Counted from the whole stretch's first letter, positions 52,810 to 63,653 are shown. The stretch: DNA of 63,653 bases, filler included, from Choristocarpus tenellus KU-1152 (GCA_964200185.2; 12 parts of 12 records of this genome joined end to end with filler, not necessarily neighbours in it), one strand, 5' to 3'. A program made the numbers and translations. The notes: a model not told the origin generated them from the sequence alone.

Positions 52810-54224
52810 CTCTGGTACAAATTCGCTCACTCGAGTGACGATATCAGGTGGGCGAACCCCAATAGAGGCCATGTCCTGTGTGTAGTCTTCCTCGAAGTGG
52901 GATGATAGCTCCTTCCAGTCTAGCCCACGCTGGAAGCAAGCAGAATGGCGGTGGGGAGGGCGTGACCTGGAAAACTTAGGAGGACACTGTGTTGGTTTTG
53001 AAAACAAAAGGTAAAAGGTGCTGAAAATACTGAAGAATGAAGGCACGTACGGCAAGGGAGTGGGCGCAATCAAACCCCTTTCACTTGGGTTAAAAAACGT
53101 TGGCGAAAAGGGTGACACAGTAACATAGCCGCCCCCATACTCGATGGTAAGCAAAAAGAATTCCGCAACAAGTCCACAACAGCAATAATAGAACCTCCAT
53201 CAAAAGGAAGAACGGCCAGCAAATTCAGATGTTCTTCTCCAACTCACCCTGTCAACACAACCCTGCAAAGTAAAAACATCACACTTCAAAGAATCCTTAC
53301 TCTTTGGTCAACCCTTTCTCACCTCATTTGCCCGTTGGACGATCTTGTCGTCAATATCTGTAATGTTCATGCACAGTACTACCTCGTAGCCGAAGAAGTC
53401 CGTCATTATCCGCCGAAGTATATCAAAGTGCAGATACGTGCGGGCTTGGAGAGAGTGGGGAAAGCGATATGTTCAACGAAGGACAGGACGGGGGTAGTTG
53501 GTGCGGGGAGTTAAGGACATAGTGGCGCAAGGCTGCTCCTCCCAGAATTCATGGAAGGTCACTCGGGGTGACTCCTACCACTTTGCAACAGCTGTGCTCT
53601 GGCACTGGTAACCAACAACACAATGTTCCTAGACAGTTCTCTCTCATGGAGTAGACCAGGCGACCAAAAACGAACCAGCTGACATGCTGATCTCCTTTCC
53701 AGCATGGGAATGGATCCACAATGCCAATGATTCCACATAAGCCTACGGACGACATTCAACCTTATCCATAAACCACTGTAGCAAAACTTACATCAAAACC
53801 CTTCCACAAGAAACCATGATGCAAAGGTTACCTGTACTTACCATGCCCCATGTGGCTGACATCATACACCGTGGGCCCACACATGTACCAGAGCACCTTA
53901 GTGGGATCCCTGGGCACGAACGGAATCTGCAGGGGTGCAAAGGAGGGCGAAACGAGGTGGCTACACCCAATAAGAAGGTGCAAGGTGTGTGGGCCACCAC
54001 ATGAACGAGGTACACGCCTTGCACTCCCCATACAGCCGAAGGTTCACACCCATGAATCCAGGAAATATGTTCACGGTTCTGCTCACCTTTGTTCGGGTAA
54101 GAGAGTTGGAAACCTTGAGGGGGTAGAATTTATCCCAGAACTCCATCAACCCTCCTTCGCCAAGCGGTGGGGGTGGAAACCACTCTGGCATCACTTTCTC
54201 AGTCTTATCCTCTTTACTTGCCAT
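52810..54224 (-). CDS. CARS1: Cysteine--tRNA ligase (cytosolic type), exons 1-4; rest not in this contig
   Basis: Exons 54224-54087 (..[11 protein letters not shown]), 53926-53842 ([23 protein letters not shown]), 53444-53323 ([33 protein letters not shown]), 52929-52810 (..[22 protein letters not shown]). CGPTVYD, HIGH-type HMGH and NITDIDDKI motifs. Confidence 0.97.
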
Positions 54225-54524
54225 CTTGCCGTACGCGATTTGCGGTTGAACGTAAGTGAGCAGAGGTTCTTCTATTGTTTTGTGTTTACCAGATGGTCCA
54301 GGTCCACACAATGAGTTTGCTTTATCCTCCAAGACCTAGCAAGTTTGTTCCTACCCCAAATACTCCAAGGATAAAAAGACAACCCAAAACACTGTAAAAC
54401 GAGGAAGCAAGAAAACAAGAAAGTAGAATAATTGAAAATAATATCCAGGGGTGACGGACGGAGTGACTCAAGTCTCAAGTCCCAAAAACCCTCAATCCGC
54501 CCTGTGTCTCAGGGCAACAGAAAA
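54225..54524. promoter_or_regulatory. Putative bidirectional promoter CARS / DCTN2
   Basis: Divergent ATGs 300 bp apart; CpG-rich flanks. Confidence 0.6.
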
Positions 54525-56616
54525 ATGGAGACTCTCCGAGATACCGAGGAGGAGGTGTTTGAGACCCCGGATATCGAGGGAGATGACAGCGATGGCTCTG
54601 TGTCCAGATTAGAGACACGGAAGGAGTCGGTTGTCGCCGCTAACAAGGTGTGTCCCATGTGAGATTGCAGTAACTAACTCAAGTTGCATGGTTGGGCATA
54701 GTTTTCGCCTGGACGTCTTCCGCAAAGCTCCAAGATGAAAGTCTCCTGTAAGAACCTCTCGTGGTCCAGAGTGTGGGCTTGTAATGGGGGCGTTATTGTT
54801 TCAGAATCCCTAAGTGAAGTTAGAATGTTGAGTAGTTGTGAATCTCCATTCCCAGGTTTCTCAGCTTTTACAATGACTGCAATGCGTGCGATTTTAGATG
54901 GCTCAACAGAGTAGAAGAAACCAACTAGCTCGAGTACTAAGTGGGTTCCTTCCTTTACGAGCGTCCTGACAAGGTTGCAGACTTTGAGAATATTCTTGTG
55001 GTGCAACTCCACGCAACCGTTCCTGTCCAATGATACGACAGAGCAAGACCTTCGTGAATCTTTGCTCCTGGATGTTTGTAGCAGCTTCTCAGTTCTGGGG
55101 CTTGTACAAACGCACACGTTCATGCAGTGAATACAATACATACCAGACAAGTTCTCAGCATGAGATATGCCCGTTTGCAGATCAGCGCCATTTTTGTACA
55201 TTTTCTCTACCTAAAGACCGTAGAAGAATTTCCGCTCCCGTTTCTCTTCATTGCCAACACACAGTCACAACAAGAGTTGCCATGCTCTTTTTTTTTTCAG
55301 TTTATCAGTCCTGTCCGAGTTGCCATGCTCTCTTTTTTCAGTTTATCAGTCCTGTCCGAGTTGCCATGCTCTCTTTTTTCAGTTTATCAATCCTGTCCGA
55401 GTTGCCATGCTCTCTTTTTTCAGTTTATCCAATCCTGTCCGAGTTGCCATGCTCTCTTTTTTCAGTTTATCCAATCCTGTCCGGTACATATTGCCCGTTT
55501 CCATATTGATCAGGTAGCAGATGCGGAGATGATGACTGCGAGTATTCCTCCGCGAGCAGCGTTTGAGGTGAGATTCTTAAGGCCTTTGTTGGTCCCCCCC
55601 AACCCTCGTCTATTGTCATGTTGTCTTCTAATACATTCCCATCTACCTTCATTGCTTTTTATCAAACGCATGACACCACATGCATGGCACCGCCAATCCA
55701 GATCAATGTATCCTTATTGACTCGAAGTAGGAATTTGACACCAACAAACAAGGTGTGCTGTTGTAGGGATGTTGGTAGATCAGATGATTTGTGCTCTGTT
55801 TCCGAGTTTGTTCTGTATCGAGGTTCCTTGTCTCTTCAAGCATGGATCATGTTTGGTATTCAAGGCATAACCACACCTCAAATCCAGTATAACTTGATAT
55901 GTTGTCATGTAGAGAGTGTTAAATAGCGTACTTATCATTGGATTATATACCCTGATTCCCTTCAAATGCTCTAGCTTTCACCATATATACCCTAATACCC
56001 TTCAATGTTCTGGCTTTCATCAACAACCACAGTGTCTGCACAAACAGGCACATTGATGTGCTGATATTCCTCCACTCCTGGTAATGTTCAACAGTGATGC
56101 GACTGTGAGGTTATATATGGGGGGGTGCTTTTGCCCCACAGAACAAACAAGTCATTTCAGTGATGGTACTCATTACCCTGAAATACCCCCCCAACCCATA
56201 CCCTGTACTTTACACAACAATATGTGATATGAAAAACATAACTAGGTCATGATCACCGCTTCCCCCCTACCACACATTAGCTAATCCCTTTCTTTCCAGA
56301 CTCCTAGCACTGCATCTTTCTCTTCCTGCGATTCAGACCTAATAGTGTCCTGTGGATTAATCTCATGCATGTTGCCAATGCGTGCGGATTGTGGTAGGTG
56401 TTTATGGGGAAGGTGTACACTGGTGTAGAAGAAGACCTCTCGGACTCCATTGCCCCAGCAGACAGTTCATCGAGAAACAAGGGTGGCTGGTATGGTGCTG
56501 TTTTTGCTGCTGCTGATGGAAAGGGAGGCGCTGGTGTGGAAAGTCCAATGGAGCGCCTTCTCCGACTGAGAGCAGAAGCAGATCAGCTTGTAGAGGATCT
56601 AGATGAAATGACCAAG
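54525..56616 (+). CDS. DCTN2: Dynactin subunit 2 (p50/dynamitin)-like, exons 1-3
   Basis: Exons 54525-54647 (EEVFETPD), 55514-55567 (..PRAAFE), 56398-56616 (VFMGKVY..DLSDSI..ESPMERLLRLRAEADQLVEDL). These match dynamitin N-terminal motifs VYETxD, AFxxFxGK, DFSDxI and ETPxxKxxRLxxE. Confidence 0.85.
55273..55482 (+). repeat. Minisatellite, 5 units of about 41-43 bp, in DCTN2 intron 1
   Basis: Unit GAGTTGCCATGCTCTCTTTTTTCAGTTTATC(C)ARTCCTGTCC repeated head-to-tail with no spacers. Confidence 0.95.
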
Positions 56617-58490
56617 GTGTTTAGCAGTGGATTAATCATAGGATACCTAGGGAGGGGGGACAAAAGGAGGGGATTGAATGTCTGTAGTGTATCAAGTGAT
56701 GCAAGGGGCTAATGTATGAAACATGAAAATGGGGTTGTGAATCGAGAGGAATTGTTAGCGCATATATATGTATGTATGTATATGTATATATATATATATT
56801 GGGGTTGATTTAAACAGTCTATTTTTTTATTCTAAAGGTACATTGTGTATTTAGGAAGGGGGCAGCAGCACAGCAGAGGGGGGGAGTGCTCAAACGTGTC
56901 GTTTTGCTGATGTTCATCAATATTTTTTTTTCAGTTTCAAATGACGTGGCGCTATTCCGTGGGGATGCTATGCACAACATGTATGGGAATTAGATTCTGT
57001 CATGGTGTGCCTTTTTGTTTTGTTGGGGCGAACTTTTGGAGTGAGAAAGGGAGAACTTTCTCATCCGGTCTTGAGAAGAACGGTAACGTCCACATGTTAG
57101 TCTGTCACATTCAAAAATCACCTAGTGGGAAGATCTTCCGTGCAAGTTAGACAATCGTTGTCCGCCCCCCGGACTGAAGTCTCAAGTCAAAGCTCCATCA
57201 TCCTGCCATGTACATGCTAATATTTTTGATGACTACCTCGCCTAGCAATGACCAACACGATATCACCTCCGCTGCTTTCACCCCATCCCCGATTTCCATC
57301 CTATGGTTGGTGGACTGTGTTCGCCGGCGACGATCTTCTGTGACAGGGTGGAGGAGAGCAGGTGGGGGAGGGGGAGGAGTCTCTTGGGGGGGAAGGGGGC
57401 GATCGCATCACGCTGTGGGGGGTCGTGGCAAGNNNNNNNNNNNNNNNNNNNNNNNNNNNNNNNNNNNNNNNNNNNNTTAATTAATTAANNNNNNNNNNNN
57501 NNNNNNNNNNNNNNNNNNNNNNNNNNNNNNNNAACCTCTACAAACTGAAAACATCACTCAATCCCACACCTCCCCCCCTCCCCCCCCCAAAAAAAAAAAT
57601 GTGTTCCCCGTGACAATTTTCTATGCCTTGTGCTCCACAATGTGTTGTATATCTAAAGAGTAACGTGATAGATTTGGACATCCTACCCATCAGGGCGGAG
57701 AGAAATGTGTCTGGTACTCTCTCTATCTCTATCTCTATCTATCTCTGTTACTGACCAGTTCTTGTGTTGCCGGTGTAAATGGGGTTGTTTGATTGGTTGG
57801 CGGTAGAGACGGTGTGACTACTTTGGAGTTATCCAAGAATGGGGATTGTGTGTGGGTTTTTTATATGCTTGTACCGGCAGTGATATCACTGCATCCTCTA
57901 CAGTAGTAGCATAGTAGTTGTGTTATTACGTCCTTGCAGATAACGCCTTTGTTCACTACAAATAGTGTTTGGCAGCGGCAGTGGCAACAGAGTCTCTTGG
58001 AAGTTTTTCTTAAATCAGTTCCTGTTTACAACTCCTGTTTCCTGTGTTCTGTGGCAAGTTAGTGTTGTTATTGACATTATTATTTTGTAATAATGCCGGG
58101 CTGTTTTCTATGGTTGTAGTGAAGGTTGTTGTAACTTGTCCCCCTTCCCCCATAGGGTTAGGGCTTTTCTTGGCAATGAACATGAATTCTAATACACCAC
58201 ATGATAAGAGTGTTGTGATCATTATTATTACTATTATTATTATTGTTGTTGTTGTTGTTGTGTGTTGCCTTGTTGACCAATGTGCTCCATGTTCGGGCAT
58301 ATATACTGTACAGCGGACGTATGTTTAAGATGCAACGTCCGCCTCCCCATATTGTGAACTCCATGATTCTAGTTTCTCCTTCTGTTTCTGGATGGTGTGC
58401 CATAAGCAGTCCAGTGTTGCTCTTGTGCGTTCAACCTGTAACTGTCTTGTCCCCTTCTGTTGGTAAAAATTGCATGTGGCTACTGAGCAG

Positions 58491-60236
58491 GGTATCCCAA
58501 AGCTGATAGAGGGCAATGCTGGCATTCTGGCGGATGCCTTGAGAGAGAAGGGATTGGTAGTTACAGTCCCTGAGGTGAGAAGACCCTAATGCTACGGTGT
58601 GTGATATGGAATGACATCAATAGAAAGTGTATATTGTTGCATGATGGCCTAATGCTGGTATAGTGTTAGTTCTTTGAGGTAGATGGCCACAGTACCAAGT
58701 ACTGTGGTAGATGGAACTGGTATTGCTGTGGAAGATGATCGGCATGCCAAGCACTATGTTGTATGGTGCTGGACTGTTGTATAAGATGGTAGAGGTGCCA
58801 ATTACTAGTATGTTTCATGACATTGGTACCATGGGAAGTGTTGCTGTTACCATGTTACTTGAGTGGATAGCAGCGATACAAAGCAACCTGGAACACACCT
58901 CTGGCCATAGACTTGTGATATGTTTTGTTGCAGTGTGGCAAACCTTGGACAACACGCACAAAGACTACTCAATGCTCGCAGTGCCCTAGAACACCCAATC
59001 ACATTTGAGTCACATCATATGTCGTCAGAGACGACACATGGGCCCACTTACTCAATTAGGTCCGTTGCCGGCGCAGCACTCGGGATTATCTCAATTTGAT
59101 ATTATCTACCGCGTAAACTAAACATCCCTCTCCAACAAACTCTTAGCTCTGTAATGTTGGTTGTCCAGGAATAGAATAGAGTTGGGGTCCCCATTCGGTC
59201 TGTAGCCATAGTTCAGCAATTGGTACCATTTATTTGGTCCAAGGATGTTGTGAGGTCTAGACGATGCTGGTTCTTGTACGACACTTAAGTGTTTGGGTTG
59301 TGTGAAGTGAGGGTTGTATCACCTGAGGTGGTGTGGAATGTGGTGCTGGCAGAGAGGTGTTAGACAAAATAGTAACAGTGCTTGGGAAGAGGGCAGACGT
59401 TGATGTTTGACTTGTTGGGAGGGGACACTTGAATAATGTTCTTGTGTTGAAGTCTAACGGACTCTTTTTGGCAGGAGGTGGTGTGTAGTGTGTATTAAGG
59501 GGGAGATTAGGTGACTGTATCCAAGATTCAGATGTTGACTATACTTCTCTTGCTGTGAATGGGGGCAATCAAAGATTAGTGAATCGATGTTTGATTCTCG
59601 CTGGAGTGCCTCACTACGGCAGAGTCTATTTCACCTCACCTGAAAATTGAGTACACCCATACTCGGTACACTCTTGAAAATGTTACAGTTGGGAGTTTGC
59701 GTGCACATCTTGGAAAGGCGTTTGTTCGTGGTAATGACTGAGTCAGTACTGTTTGTAGTGTGTGAGAGGCACTGGGGTCAAAGTCTCTACTCTTAGGTAT
59801 TGGTAGCTGTTGGGCGAGAAGCGTGTTCTAAAAAAAAATGTAAATATGAGTATGTCCGTGTGCATTCAAGAGCATGAGGATTAACAACCCTTCTCATGGT
59901 ATTTTTGTCCACCAAGCTCTCGCCCTGCAGCCCCTGCCCCGTAACTCCCTGTGTACCTGCCGCTATTGTCATCTGTTCCTATCGGCCATTGTCCTTTGCC
60001 TCTACCTTGATCGCAGTCAATGCTTGACTCGGAACATGACCTCTTCTTGGTATGTCTCCGCTTTGCCTTTCTATTGCCTGTCCCTCCCCCCCCCCATCCC
60101 CATTATTGTCTCCTATGAAGTACTGTATGAAGGGACAATTATATTAACTCGGATAACAATTTGCATCGAGTACTATCTGCTTTGAATGTTTTTTTTAACA
60201 TGCAGATGCTGTGCTCGTTCCCTGTCCAACCCCATA

Positions 60237-60279
<43 letters not shown>

Positions 60280-60423
60280 ACACGCCTTCCATTCGGCTGA
60301 TGCCCTCTGGTGCTACTTGCTGCTTGTTTTGTTCTTAAGGGTGGTCATTTCCTTGTTGCCGATACTTCTCCTCTGGGCATGAATGGGTTGGAGTTCACCA
60401 AGTATCTTCTCGCAGAGGCCAAG
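58491..60423 (+). CDS. Class I/II PLP-dependent aminotransferase, two C-terminal-region exons
   Basis: Exons 58491-58574 (GIPKLIEGNAGILADALREKGLVVTVPE) and 60340-60423 (GGHFLVADTSPLGMNGLEFTKYLLAEAK). Matches the LxxxLxxxGxxxxxPxGGxFxxxDxS...FxxxLLxEAK motif. Confidence 0.8.
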
Positions 60424-60640
60424 GTGGGAAAGGACCGCGACATGTCTCGCTTGCCTTTGCTTTTTTTTTCTCCTCACATTTTATTTTACTCAAAAAATAA
60501 ATAAATATACATATATATATATAGATATTTATATAGATAGATTTTTTATTATTTGTCTGTTCTGTTTCTTCTTCTTTTTATTTACTAGTGCCTGCTACTA
60601 CTACAGTGTGCGTTTGTGATCTATGCGTTCGTAAATTGTG

Positions 60641-60750
60641 CACGTGCCGCATCTGTTGTTTGTTAGTGCTGGTTGACACCTGTTGTGGACTTGTCACGTG
60701 CCGCATCTGTTGTTCGTTAGTGCTGGTTGACACCTGTTGTGGACTTGTCA
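60641..60750. repeat. 54-bp tandem duplication (2 units, 1 mismatch)
   Basis: CACGTGCCGCATCTGTTGTTYGTTAGTGCTGGTTGACACCTGTTGTGGACTTGT x2. Confidence 0.92.
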
Positions 60751-61082
60751 GTTGAGCAAAGTTGAAGTTGAGAGTAATGAGGACTGGAGGAGTTTTTTTT
60801 CAGCCGAGAATAATAAGAATATGGTATATAGATTGATAGCTTTTTCATTTGGCAGAAGCATTTTTTCCGGTTGGACAGATTTGAAACACATTTATTTTTG
60901 TACGAGAGAATGTGATGTGACAAGCATTTCATGGGGGGNNNNNNNNNNNNNNNNNNNNNNNNNNNNNNNNNNNNNNNNNNNNTTAATTAATTAANNNNNN
61001 NNNNNNNNNNNNNNNNNNNNNNNNNNNNNNNNNNNNNNCGCCCCCTCACAAACCACCCCCCCCTCCCCAGATACTTTGACCC

Positions 61083-61530
61083 TGTGCTAGGGAAACATCA
61101 TCTTGGGGAGCCACCACGATCATACTTTTTTCACTTGTTCACACAAAGGTTATGGTTTCTTTTTTTTTCACACACCGGTGAGGGATAAGGTTAGGGTGAG
61201 GGTTGGGGTTGGGTTTTCGAAAATGTTTGTGAGAGAGTGAAAAAGGGAAGACAACTGTGGATCCTTGAGAGGTGGTGGTTCCCAGTGCACATTGTTATGC
61301 TGCACCACAGTGTGAAGCTTCTCCCAGAAATTTTCCTTTGCTGGTTAGGGATGTTTTTCATACACAAGTTGGAGTTTAGGTTTGGGGTTAGGACTAGGAA
61401 TAGTACTACGGTTAGGGTTGGGGTTGGGGTTGGGGTTGGGGTTGGGGCTAGGCTTTCGAAAATTTGCGCAAAAAAGTGAGAAAATATTAGACTGATGTTC
61501 CCCAAGAAAAGGTGGTGGTTCCCCAGTGCA
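61083..61530 (+). mobile_element. Repeat family C second copy (in ankyrin-gene intron)
   Basis: TGGGGAGCCACCAC ... GGTGGTGGTTCCCCAGTGCA inverted ends; two GGGTTA/GGGTTG arrays; internal copy of the right end at about 61267-61290. Confidence 0.7.
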
Positions 61531-61633
61531 CGTCACCGTCCTATGAAACACGAACGATGATATTGCGACCTCAAATTTGTCTGGATCGAGGGCTGAAAAG
61601 TGCGACGTTGTCGTCAAGAGCTAAATCTCTAAC

Positions 61634-62179
61634 CTTCAGCTTGTTGCGTGAGTTAACCACTGCACCACGATCAAGTAAGAGCTGCACAACGGCCACTCCC
61701 TTCCTGCTGCTGGCCGCGTGGAGTGGCGTGTCCTGACATTGGAAAGGGGTGTTGGATTATTGGTCATCGTTTAAGGTGGCCCGATCTACCCACAGATCCT
61801 TATATATATGTCCAGAAAGTGCTTACTCATACTCATTGCAGGGCAGGGCAAGCCTGTCACAATGACAGAGATGCGCTAATCAATCGCACTTGACCTGGCA
61901 GCTATCCTTGGAGTTGACATTGTAGCCCTCGTCAAGGAGCGCTTTCACGCCTTCAATGTCGCTCTGCATAGTTGTGCGATATGTGGAGGCGATGTCAGCG
62001 CGTTGAGTCGTGTTCTTGATTATCAACATAATGTAGATAAAAGGTAATACGTTCGAAAAGTACAAACTTGTCGAAACACTTACCTTCCAGCACGCATCGA
62101 TCAGGGGTGCCCCACTGGAGACATGACCAACCCGATATCCCCTGGTGAGATCGTCCAATGACAGACTATCTGAAGGACC
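61634..62179 (-). CDS. Ankyrin-repeat protein (3 internal exons)
   Basis: Exons 62179-62084 (..GAPLIDACWK), 61963-61895 (SDIEGVKALLDEGYNVNSKDSCQ), 61732-61634 (DTPLHAASSRKGVAVVQLLLDRGAVVNSRNKLK). TPLH and LLxxGAxVN consensus. Confidence 0.92.
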
Positions 62180-62248
62180 CTGCAGACAATACAACAGGGT
62201 GTGAATAGTTGAAAGGTTGCCAGGAGATCATCAAGTTTCAATTGCATC

Positions 62249-62287
<39 letters not shown>

Positions 62288-62649
62288 GCAGGAACTACAA
62301 CAAGCAATACTACTTGTCATTTGACCTTCCACATGGTCGCCATATTGCCTATCCGAAGCGGAATATAATCACGTTCCATACGCCGAGGTATTCCAATGTT
62401 TGAGTCCCCCCAAAATTATCAGTAACTTACGCAGTTTGGCAATGGAGCGTATGGCAAGTACTGATGAAGCAGCACCCTTTTGAAGAGGTGCGTTGAGTGA
62501 CATATTTGAGGAACACATCCTCACGCAAAATCATGTCGTTTCAACGACAATTGATTGGAGGATTCATATACCAAACAAGGAAAAAGGAGACAGCGCATTT
62601 CAGTGGAGAGTAGAGAAAGTCGTTGAGGGAGTCATCTCCACTTGAACTT

Positions 62650-63653
62650 GACTTTCAATGTTGAATACACGCACTTGAACCGTAGTTGTTTTGAAAATAG
62701 ACTTAAACTTCAGGTTCTTACAGATATGGAGTGTATTATATCCATGTGAAAATGCTTCTATTTATAACTAAGTCCAAGTTGAGCAGACGTCTTCACAATT
62801 TTCCACTAGTAGTATACTGTTAGTGTGCTTGAAGTTTTTTTCCGAGACAAGATCTGTTAAACACAAACGATTCAGGGGTTTTCTACTGTTCTAACAAGAT
62901 CCGCACCATCCTAGTATATCAGGAAGAACCAAAGAAGCATTGTTAGGTTCAGGTCATTGCTGAAGTCAAATTTGAGTCAGTCCATACACTCATGTGTGAA
63001 CTAGAATGGTTGATGTGGAGGTTTAATTAGTGACGTGGCGATAACGAGGTTGGTGATTCGTCTACATCTAATATTCGTGATGACGTCGTCAAGTATTTCT
63101 TTATCGATAAATTTCCTTTTTTTCCCATAATCATTATCACAATTATTTTAGTTCCTATCCTTAGATCCTCGCTTGTCTGCGATTCTTTAATCGGGTCAAA
63201 GTTACACATGGAATCCCCAACAATTATTATGTACACTTAACCAACTCAATAATTTTTTGGACAGGCAAGCGGACACCAACTCCCAACATAACCCATCCCT
63301 TCTACCCAACCACAGCTCATCCCTGGTATGCAGGTGCAGCTCTTCCCTATGTCCTTCCTCCTGGTGCAGTTGGAGCACTGTGGATGCTGGCTGGTGTAGC
63401 TTTTCCTCCCATATTATATACCATGCACAGATCGAGCAGTCTCCCCTTACGACTTCCTCCTCCTCGTGTTGCTCAAGAATTCACTGTGGCAGCTTGGTGG
63501 CGAATGTTCTTATCGTCTTTTCCGGTCAGCACAGCCACCAAGGGTTTAACCAGGCACTTGTGGATCCCACCCACTGTTTCTTTCCTCCTGGGCATGCTGG
63601 AACACGGTTGATACTAACTGTTGGTGCTTCCCCTCTTGTTTCCCCCCTAACAG
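62650..63653 (-). mobile_element. Possible highly decayed LTR-retrotransposon remnants (copia RNase H-like; gag Zn-knuckle-like)
   Basis: VWTDS/DFSND...FLIY.DG fragments at about 62900-62990; CSNC..RKGH across a frameshift at about 63340-63380. Confidence 0.3.

Noticed and set aside
55273-55482. CRISPR-like array
   Set aside because: Units are contiguous with no unique spacers, the context is a eukaryotic intron, and there are no cas genes.
80-56616. Cytoskeletal-motor gene cluster (myosin, LC8, dynactin p50, MORN, coiled-coil protein)
   Set aside because: The genes lie on different contigs joined by artificial spacers. ANT, CARS and DCTN2 do not continue across their spacers, so adjacency is unproven, and unrelated housekeeping genes are interspersed.
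56859-57170. Harbinger-type MITE with GGGGGC...GCCCCC ends
   Set aside because: Single copy, very short inverted match, no TSD.
4632-61038. Regularly recurring TTAATTAATTAA motif
   Set aside because: Always centred in an identical N-padded 100-nt block; it is a six-frame-stop assembly linker, not biology.

Overview
Eukaryotic, intron-rich, transposon-littered draft-assembly DNA. It is most likely from a photosynthetic stramenopile of the brown-algal lineage or a close relative; this is inferred from gene content, TTAGGG-type repeats and TE types, and the species cannot be read from the sequence. The window is 12 contigs joined by 11 artificial 100-nt spacers (N44-TTAATTAATTAA-N44), so most ORF-track entries are noise and the real genes had to be spliced by eye. 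Supported genes: myosin head (5' part, -), MORN-repeat protein (3' part, +), a large PDZ-like / Gly-Asp-rich / 63-aa coiled-coil-repeat protein (-), ADP/ATP carrier (-) head-to-head with a NOPCHAP1/DUF4598-like gene (+), dynein light chain LC8-like (-), cysteinyl-tRNA synthetase (-) head-to-head with dynactin p50 (+), a class I/II aminotransferase fragment (+) and an ankyrin-repeat protein (-). Mobile DNA includes at least three related MITE families that share a G-NNNN-AAAGTATCT terminus, two of them with 4-bp TSDs (Sola2-like). There is also a telomere-repeat-bearing bipartite element, decayed PIF/Harbinger and pogo/Tigger transposases, and gypsy and copia remnants. The best candidates for novel biology are (i) a CpG-decay plus CpG-island-like promoter signature implying CpG methylation, (ii) the MITE superfamily, (iii) the PDZ-IDR-heptad-repeat protein and (iv) relaxed 3' splice sites. 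No rRNA, tRNA or CRISPR array was recognised, and I cannot claim a discrete new multi-gene system.
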